From contig CAXUJF010000006.1 in the NCBI GenBank assembly GCA_964250865.1, positions 1 to 39,061 on the forward strand: 39,061 bases of DNA. The letters are read 5' to 3'. The translations under genes and the position numbers were made by a program. Source of the DNA: an uncultured Streptosporangiaceae bacterium. Its GTDB lineage: Bacteria; Actinomycetota; Actinomycetes; Streptosporangiales; Streptosporangiaceae. The notes below the pieces were generated by a model. It made no database searches, was not told where the DNA came from, and was given only the letters and a program-made list of their open reading frames with translations. This document shows positions 31,753 through 39,061 of the stretch, in pieces; the first letter of the stretch is position 1, and each line of letters starts with the position of its first letter.

Positions 31753-32004
31753 TTACGCGCTCAGTGCCTCGGCGGCTTCGGGCCGCCCGGTGGCGAGTTC
31801 CTCGTCCACGCCCAGCGCCCGGAAGATGCTTGAGCGGGACACGCGGTACTTAATTCCTACAAAAAGCACCTCGCACGGGAACTTGCCAGCCCTTGCGAGC
31901 TCGAACGCCTTGGTGCGCCCGAGGCCGAACGTCCGGCCGGCAGTCACAAGGTCGACGCTCACGGGCAGCGCGAGCAGCTCGGCGCGGCTCATTTCTTTGA
32001 TCAT
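31753..32004 (-). CDS. xis: Excisionase-family HTH protein (MerR-like HTH_17)
   Basis: 83 aa. LVTAGRTFGLGRTKAFELARAGKFPCEVLFVGIKYRVSRSSI fits the excisionase/AlpA-like pattern. RBS GGAGACGGAG. Confidence 0.7.
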   Translation of the reverse strand: MIKEMSRAELLALPVSVDLVTAGRTFGLGRTKAFELARAGKFPCEVLFVGIKYRVSRSSIFRALGVDEELATGRPEAAEALSA

Positions 32005-32029
32005 GGCTCCGTCTCCAGATCGAAACTAA

Positions 32030-32145
32030 GGCGATTGCATAGTTTTGCATCTGCTCTGCGATCTGCACACGCTCAGAATGCCCGGGACGTGCCAAGAATG
32101 CAAGCGACTCGCACAGTCGCGCGCCAAAGTCTGGCGATTGCATAG
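32030..32145. promoter_or_regulatory. Divergent switch region with repeated GGCGATTGCATAG / TTGCAT boxes
   Basis: GGCGATTGCATAG at 32030 and 32133. TTGCAT at 32045 and inverted ATGCAA at 32098. Hairpin GCGACT-CGCAC-AGTCGC at 32104-20. Confidence 0.55.
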
Positions 32146-32167
32146 AACCGTGCCTTACAGTCGGCAC

Positions 32168-32842
32168 GTGGACGCGGACGAGGAACAAGAGACGAACGGG
32201 GACGGCGACGGCCAAGACCGGCCCCACCAGCACGTGACCGTCAATCAGATCGTGGCCGACAACATGGCGTATTGGCGTAAGGTCGCCGGCCTGACACAGG
32301 AGCAGCTCGGCGAGCGTCTTGGGTGGAGCAACGTCGTCGTATCTGCGGCTGAGCGATCGGCGCACAGCAACCGGCCGCGGTCGTTCACGGTTGATGACCT
32401 TGTGAATCTCGCCATCGCGCTCGGCGTTCCGCTGGCTGCCCTTTTTCTGCCGCCCACTGACGACGGCATGCCTGCCGACTTCATGTTCTCGACCGGCATG
32501 GGGGATGGAAACATGGGCGGTCTGCTGCTGCTGGTCCTAGCGGACGACGGCAGCGATAGCGATGTCATGGACGCTTACCGCAGGCGCCTCGGCGTGGCGG
32601 TTAACGGCTACCTCGACCGGGGCTTGGCCGAGCAGATCGCCAAGATGCTGCGCGACCCGACCAGCGCCGAGATGAACGCCGACCGGATCGCACGGCTCCG
32701 CTTGCACCAAGCCGAGCTTGAGTCGACGTTCACGGCGGCCAACACCGCCGCCCTGACCGCTGCTGCTCAGTTTGGCGAGATAGCCGACGTCCTTGAGAAG
32801 TGGGACGCGGAACACGGCGACGACCAGGAGGTGACCGAATGA
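32168..32842 (+). CDS. XRE-family HTH regulator upstream of int
   Basis: GTG at 32168 within ORF 32045..32842. IVADNMAYWRKVAGLTQEQLGERLGWSNVVVSAAERS is an HTH. The stop overlaps the int start (ATGA). Confidence 0.7.
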   Translation: MDADEEQETNGDGDGQDRPHQHVTVNQIVADNMAYWRKVAGLTQEQLGERLGWSNVVVSAAERSAHSNRPRSFTVDDLVNLAIALGVPLAALFLPPTDDGMPADFMFSTGMGDGNMGGLLLLVLADDGSDSDVMDAYRRRLGVAVNGYLDRGLAEQIAKMLRDPTSAEMNADRIARLRLHQAELESTFTAANTAALTAAAQFGEIADVLEKWDAEHGDDQEVTE

Positions 32843-34287
32843 GGGGATCGGTCTTCCCGCTGTGCTTCTGCCGCGACCCCCAGACGGGCAAGGCGCTCGG
32901 CAAGAAGTGTCCCAAGTTCGGCAAGAAGGGGCACGGTAAGTGGTACTTCCGGTACAGCGCGCCAGCGGGCGCAGACGGCAAGCGCCGTCAGCCGAGGATC
33001 GGGCCGTTCGACACGAAGACGGTGGCTGAGGAGGAGCTGACCGCGGCGCTCGCACGGATCGCGGGCGGAGGCCAGGTGCACGACCGCTCGCTTCTGGTCG
33101 GTGCCTACCTGACCGCGTACGCGGCCGGGAAGCTGGACGTTAAGGCAAGCACGCTCGCGTCGATCCATGAGGCTGTCCGGCTGTACTGGATTCCGGCGCT
33201 CGGTCACCTGCGGCTCGTTGACCTGCGTGACCACCACGTCTCCGAGGCCGTGCGCGAGATGATGAAGATCAACCGGCCGCTACCGGAGGACGAGAAGCCG
33301 TCCGAGGTGCTCCGCCGGATGATCGCCGCCCGGGCCGACGATGTGCGCCGCGAGCTGCCGCCCGGCGAGAAGCGGCGCAAGAAATCGACCGTGCCGCTGT
33401 CACCGGCACGAATCGCGCTCATGTTCGCCGTTCTGCGTGCGGCACTCAACGACGCGGTGCCGGGCAAGATCGAGCACAACCCGTGTGCCACCGTCAAGCT
33501 GCCGAGGGTGGCCAAGGTCAAGCCGCTGCCCTGGACAGCGCCGCGCCTGGAGGGGTTCGGCAAGGCGCTCGCCAAACGGGTGTCGGCCGCCTTGGCAACC
33601 CGCGAGCTGACCATCGCCGAGCGCCAGGTGATATGGGGCGAGCCATCGCTACGACCGTCCCCGGTCATGGTCTGGATGCCCGCCCAGACCGGCGAGTTTC
33701 TCGACTTCATCGAGGGTGAGCGGCTGTTCGGACTGTTCTGCCTGGTCGCCTACTGCGGCTTGCGCCGGGACGAAGTGATCGGCCTCAAATGGGCCGAGGT
33801 CGACCTAGCCGAGGCAGTCGCATGGGTGCGCGAGACAGGGCACGGCGAGGGAACCAAGAGTGAGGCGGGGGTCCGTGCCGTGCCGCTCGCTGGGCCCGTG
33901 CTCGAGGCGCTCCGAGCATGGCGCAAGGTCCAGGCCGCCGACCAGCTCGCGTGGGGCCGTGACTGGGCAGACACCGACCTCGTGTTCACCCGCGAGGACG
34001 GTACGGCGGTACCGGGCCCGTGGGTGAGCACGAGGTTCGAGACACTCGCCTACCGGGCCGGCCTGCCGCCCGTCCGGTTCCACGACCTGCGGCACGGCGC
34101 CGCGAGCCTGGCCAAGGCCGCTGGGCTGGACTCCAAGTACATCGCCGCGCTTCTCGGCCACGCGCGCAGCTCGTTCACTGATGACGTGTACGTGCTGCTG
34201 TTCCCCGAGGTCGCCAACGCAGCTGCGGAAGCCGCCGCGGCGATTGTTCCTCGCCGGGGTATTGCTCAGAGCAGAGCAGATGTGTAG
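32839..34287 (+). CDS. int: Tyrosine integrase (pSAM2/phage-integrase family)
   Basis: 482 aa. CGLRRDEV (R), HDLRHGAAS (HxxR), LGHARSSFTDDVY (H..Y). Adjacent to the intact tRNA and attR. Confidence 0.9.
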   Translation: MRGSVFPLCFCRDPQTGKALGKKCPKFGKKGHGKWYFRYSAPAGADGKRRQPRIGPFDTKTVAEEELTAALARIAGGGQVHDRSLLVGAYLTAYAAGKLDVKASTLASIHEAVRLYWIPALGHLRLVDLRDHHVSEAVREMMKINRPLPEDEKPSEVLRRMIAARADDVRRELPPGEKRRKKSTVPLSPARIALMFAVLRAALNDAVPGKIEHNPCATVKLPRVAKVKPLPWTAPRLEGFGKALAKRVSAALATRELTIAERQVIWGEPSLRPSPVMVWMPAQTGEFLDFIEGERLFGLFCLVAYCGLRRDEVIGLKWAEVDLAEAVAWVRETGHGEGTKSEAGVRAVPLAGPVLEALRAWRKVQAADQLAWGRDWADTDLVFTREDGTAVPGPWVSTRFETLAYRAGLPPVRFHDLRHGAASLAKAAGLDSKYIAALLGHARSSFTDDVYVLLFPEVANAAAEAAAAIVPRRGIAQSRADV

Positions 34288-34297
34288 AGTGTTGAGC

Positions 34298-34498
34298 ATG
34301 GCACCGGACGAGCTGACACTGCGGCAAGCACGCGAGCTGCTTGCCACGTGGGCGGCCGACTTCCATGCCGTGCTTGCTCGGCGCGACTCCACGGTCCGTA
34401 CCGCCGTTGCGGCTGGCGTCAGCGTGTCCGAGGCACACCGCCTCACTGGACTCGCGCGGAACACAATCAGCAACATCGTGGCCGGTGAGGCATCATGA
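34298..34498 (+). CDS. small HTH protein next to int (possible directionality or regulatory factor)
   Basis: ATG at 34298 within ORF 34181..34498. C-terminal VSVSEAHRLTGLARNTISNIV is an HTH. Confidence 0.55.
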   Translation: MAPDELTLRQARELLATWAADFHAVLARRDSTVRTAVAAGVSVSEAHRLTGLARNTISNIVAGEAS

Positions 34499-34513
34499 CC
34501 GCCGCGCCGTCGT

Positions 34514-34536
34514 GTGCACGCGTTGTGCACGCGTGC
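34514..34536. repeat. Candidate arm-type integrase-binding site (P arm), identical to 778..800
   Basis: 23/23 identity. It lies 63 bp inside attR. Confidence 0.5.
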
Positions 34537-34550
34537 CCCGGAAATGGAAA

Positions 34551-34597
34551 GAGCAGCGGCCTCGGCCAAGATGTTCTCTCGGACGAAACCGCTGCTC
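34551..34597 (-). terminator. Element-borne hairpin plus U-tract replacing the tRNA terminator
   Basis: GAGCAGCGG (34551-59) pairs with CCGCTGCTC (34589-97). On the minus strand it is followed by TTTCCATTTCC. It lies immediately 3' of the tRNA. Confidence 0.4.
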
Positions 34598-34598
34598 A

Positions 34599-34660
34599 CG
34601 CGCGGAGGCTCGGGGATTTGAACCCCGGATGGGCGGTAAACCCAAACCGCATTAGCAGTG
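34599..34660. repeat. attR: 62-bp direct repeat inside the intact tRNA-Ser
   Basis: 62/62 identity with 599..660. Confidence 0.9.
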
Positions 34661-34692
34661 CGGCGCCATAGACCGGACTAGGCGAAGCCTCC
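34603..34692 (-). tRNA. tRNA-Ser (anticodon GCU), 90 nt, no encoded CCA
   Basis: Hand fold: acceptor GGAGGCT/AGCCTCC, anticodon stem CCGCA/TGCGG with loop CTGCTAA, long variable arm, T-arm CGGGG-TTCAAAT-CCCCG, discriminator G. Confidence 0.95.
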
Positions 34693-34837
34693 AACGGCGG
34701 TGCGCGTCAGCTTACCGCGCTCAGCCGGTTCGCGAACCAGCGTATCGCCAGTGCCCACCTCATCCAACCGGGATGGCGCGGTGTGGCTTTCTGGCCGGCC
34801 GTCCCGTCGGGCCGCTGCGCCGGGCCGCGGCCGCCGG

Positions 34838-36463
<1,626 letters not shown>

Positions 36464-36492
36464 CGTGCTGCGCACGGCCCACCTCCTCGTGG

Positions 36493-36690
36493 CTATTTCG
36501 CTGATATTCCCACAGCGCGCACGAGGGCACCACGCCAGGATGCGGCGTCCGTCACATCGGGCTCGGCCCCGCCGGCCAGCTCGGTGCCGGACCGCAGCTT
36601 GGCCGCGGCTCGTGACACCGTGCTCCTGACCGTGCCCCGGCTCACCCCGAGGGCGGCCGGTTCCCGGGCCCATAGCCGTACGTTACCGAA
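36493..36690 (-). pseudogene. Remnant of an ECF-type sigma factor (region 4 only)
   Basis: ALGVSRGTVRSTVSRAAAKLR matches the sigma-70 region 4.2 HTH. No region 2 is recognisable upstream in any frame that I read. Confidence 0.35.
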
Positions 36691-36873
36691 AGTAGCCGCC
36701 CGTGCACCTGCACACGTCGCACTTGCGTCGTTACCGAGAGAACAGACCGGTGCCGCGCCGAGGTTCGGACGTAGTTTCGAAAATTGCTGATGGTGCCTCT
36801 GCGTGAACACTGCAAAAAGGTTGCGAATCCGCTTGACGCAGGCCACCGATAGTAAGCATCGTCAAGAGAGACA

Positions 36874-38106
36874 ATGCAATCCCATGGGGGGCAAGTGCGC
36901 AGTCTGCGCGGAAATAGCCCGTCCGTAGATAGTGCCACGGACGCTATTGGTCCCGCACGTTTTGCCCGTCGGCGGCTGCTCAAGGCGGCCGTCTTCGGCT
37001 CGCCGGGCTCGCGTGAGGACGAGCTTACGGCTGATGCCGCATACGCCGTGAACAGCAGCGCAACACATGCAGTTATCGGTACTGTGCTCGATGTTAGCCC
37101 ACATATCCTGGTCCTTCAGACCGCGGCCGGCGAAGAGCGGCTCACCTTGGCCGCCTCCACGGCCGCTTGGCGCGGGGGGCCGGTCGCCCCGGCCGCGCTC
37201 AGGCAAGGCGATAGAGCAATTGTTAAGCGCAATTATGTCCGGAACACGGTCGCTGACCGTATATGGGCGGAGATCGGCCGCGTGACCGGAACGATAGTCG
37301 AGCGTGACGCCGGCACCCTGCTGGTGGACGAGGGAACGGAACAGGGACGCAAGATCCTGGTCATCCCGGATCAGGCCAGTGGCCGGATCCAGGTCCGGTT
37401 CCCGCGTCTGCAGCCCGGTTATCTGGTGGACGTCATCGGCCTGCGGCACCCGGGGTTCGTGGCGGGCCTGATCCCGGCTACCTCGCAACCACCGTACCGA
37501 GCCGACCATCCGCCCAGCCCGCCGCTGATCAGCGGCCACATTCCGGACACGATCAGCGGCACCGCGACCTGGCACGAACCCGGCGAGGAGCCCGAGGATC
37601 TGATCGGCCTGGCCTACCCCGCGCTCGACCCGGAGACGGGGTGCGAAGGACACAGCCTGACGCCGGCCCCGGACGACCCCGGGCTGGCGGCCGACGCGGG
37701 GCGCGGCCACACCGGACGGCACACCCGGGCGTCACTGGCCCGCACCGGGGCTGGCCAGCCTGACCCCCGGTACCCGCCGACGGCCGGCGGCCACGGGCAG
37801 TGCTCCGAGGCGTACCACGCCGATCAGTTCGCGGTCGACCCGCACCTGGCCGGCCCGGGCTGCGTCCGGCTGCCGTACTTGTCTCTCGGCAGCATGCTGC
37901 GGATCCGCAACGACTGTGCCCAGCGGGCCCGGGACCTGCCGGTGACCAGCTGCGGGGCATCGGCCCGGCTGTTCTGCGACCGGTGCGTCACCTGCGGCAC
38001 GTCCCCGCGAGGCCGGGTAGCCGACCTGACCATGTCCGCGTTCGTCGACCTCGGTGGCGACCTCGATCGCGGATGCTTCAACGCGACGATCACGATTGGC
38101 GGCTGA
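36874..38106 (+). CDS. hypothetical secreted protein (possible Tat signal, Cys-containing C-terminal domain)
   Basis: 410-aa ORF. FARRRLLKAAVFGS looks like a twin-arginine signal. The exact start is uncertain. Confidence 0.55.
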   Translation: MQSHGGQVRSLRGNSPSVDSATDAIGPARFARRRLLKAAVFGSPGSREDELTADAAYAVNSSATHAVIGTVLDVSPHILVLQTAAGEERLTLAASTAAWRGGPVAPAALRQGDRAIVKRNYVRNTVADRIWAEIGRVTGTIVERDAGTLLVDEGTEQGRKILVIPDQASGRIQVRFPRLQPGYLVDVIGLRHPGFVAGLIPATSQPPYRADHPPSPPLISGHIPDTISGTATWHEPGEEPEDLIGLAYPALDPETGCEGHSLTPAPDDPGLAADAGRGHTGRHTRASLARTGAGQPDPRYPPTAGGHGQCSEAYHADQFAVDPHLAGPGCVRLPYLSLGSMLRIRNDCAQRARDLPVTSCGASARLFCDRCVTCGTSPRGRVADLTMSAFVDLGGDLDRGCFNATITIGG

Positions 38107-38108
38107 CA

Positions 38109-39061
38109 ATGCCCAGTGCGGTACCCGGCGCGGTACTCAGCGCGATCCGGGAGGTACAGATCCCGCTGCTCGCCGTGATGCTGCTGAGCGGGTGCGGGGC
38201 CAAGGGCATCCGCGCGCTGAAGAGCCGGGAACTGGCCGTGGGCCTCGGGCCGACGGTCCTGTTCCCGCTCCGGCTGCGCCGGCCGATCGCGATGGCCGTG
38301 TGCGCCACCGAGTTCGGGCTGGGCATCGGGCTGATCGTGACGGCCGGAAGGCTGGGGCGAGGGCTGCCCGCGACGGTCGTGCGCACCGGCGTCAGCCTGC
38401 TGTTCCTGATCGCGGTGGGCGCACTGATCGAACTGCGGGAACGCCGCCCCGACGCGGGCTGCGGCTGTTTCGGCGACCTGAGCGTGACCCCGGTCGGGCC
38501 GCGCACGATCGCCCGGTCCGCGGTACTGGCCCTGGCGGCCATCGTGACCGTGGGCGGGCCGCCGCTGCAGATGCCGGCCTCGGGTCAGGCGGCCACGCTG
38601 TGGGTCGTGACCCTGGTCGCCGAGGTGCTGCTGCTGGCCGCGCTGTCGCCGGAACTGGGCGAAGCCATGGCCCGGCTCGGCTACTCCGAGCCGTGTGAGG
38701 TGCGGCGGATCAGCGTGGACCGGACCCTGGCCGCGCTGACCGGCAGCGCCCCCTGGCGCCGGTACGCCGATCTGGTCACCGAGGCGGCGCCGGCCGACAT
38801 CTGGCGCGAAGGCTGCTGGCGCTACCTGCTCTACCCCGGGGAAACCGGCGACCGCCGCGTCGATCTCGTCTTCGCGGTCAGCCTGCGGTCACGCCGACCC
38901 CAGGTCCAGGTGGCCGTGCTGGACGCGCTGACCGACGAGATCCTCACCGGCGCGCCGCAGTCCAGCCCCGCCCCGGAGCGGCCCGCCAGCCTGCCGGTGC
39001 CCGGGCCGGGCCGGCTGCGGCCGCTGCCCGACCTGGACGTCAGCCGCCCGATGGCCGGGCT
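38109..39061 (+). CDS. MauE/DoxX-like membrane protein (3' end outside the window)
   Basis: Hand translation from ATG 38109: MPSAVPGAVLSAIREVQIPLLAVMLLSGC...GCGCFGDL..., several TM helices. Open to the window end, hence absent from the ORF track. Confidence 0.6.
   Translation, partial: MPSAVPGAVLSAIREVQIPLLAVMLLSGCGAKGIRALKSRELAVGLGPTVLFPLRLRRPIAMAVCATEFGLGIGLIVTAGRLGRGLPATVVRTGVSLLFLIAVGALIELRERRPDAGCGCFGDLSVTPVGPRTIARSAVLALAAIVTVGGPPLQMPASGQAATLWVVTLVAEVLLLAALSPELGEAMARLGYSEPCEVRRISVDRTLAALTGSAPWRRYADLVTEAAPADIWREGCWRYLLYPGETGDRRVDLVFAVSLRSRRPQVQVAVLDALTDEILTGAPQSSPAPERPASLPVPGPGRLRPLPDLDVSRPMAG

Larger units (their letters stand above)
599..34660. mobile_element. Integrated ~34-kb element at tRNA-Ser(GCU); hybrid AICE-like / phage-derived, possibly a satellite or defective prophage
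   Basis: Flanking 62-bp direct repeats, integrase adjacent to the intact tRNA, Xis-like gene, Prim-Pol/helicase, gp10-like and tape-measure-like genes. Confidence 0.85.

Noticed and set aside
599-34599. The two att copies are offset by exactly 34,000 bp
   Set aside because: A round number has no biological meaning. It is noted only as a curiosity, and the repeats themselves are explained by tRNA-targeted integration.
38054-38698. 214-aa plus-strand and 150-aa minus-strand Arg/Gly/Pro-rich ORFs
   Set aside because: They overlap a third frame (from ATG 38109) that gives a coherent multi-TM MauE-like protein with a CGCFG motif. The listed ORFs are low-complexity alternatives.

Overview
High-GC (roughly 70%) actinomycete DNA. 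Positions 599-34660 are an integrated ~34.06-kb mobile element in the 3' end of tRNA-Ser(GCU) (34603-34692, minus strand). It is bounded by a perfect 62-bp direct repeat (attL 599-660, attR 34599-34660). It carries a pSAM2-style tyrosine integrase next to the intact tRNA, a divergent Xis-like HTH gene, XRE-type switches, and a Prim-Pol plus SF3-type helicase module beside an iteron field. The rest is unusual. A long plus-strand operon of translationally coupled unknowns surrounds a DUF2637-like membrane/HTH protein (Spd-like). A minus-strand coupled operon encodes an HK97-gp10-like adaptor, a 1366-aa tape-measure-like protein with a lytic transglycosylase end, a scaffold-like protein and a poly-basic protein. 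I see no recognisable terminase, portal, capsid, tail tube, lysis genes or FtsK-like TraB. Two blocks that look lower in GC by eye (about 9.2-13.8 kb and 21.9-25.1 kb) hold putative TA-like pairs, four envelope proteins, and a second short tyrosine recombinase with a lox/FRT-like site over its own start codon. The second block also holds a ParB-like nuclease gene with a diverged second copy outside the island (67-483). Dense short-repeat arrays at 6.7 kb, 9.1 kb and 28.5 kb look like protein-binding platforms (ori, operator or clt-like). The right flank carries an acyl-CoA ligase, a sigma-factor remnant, a secreted protein and a MauE-like membrane protein. All family calls come from motif recognition by eye; no database search was possible.
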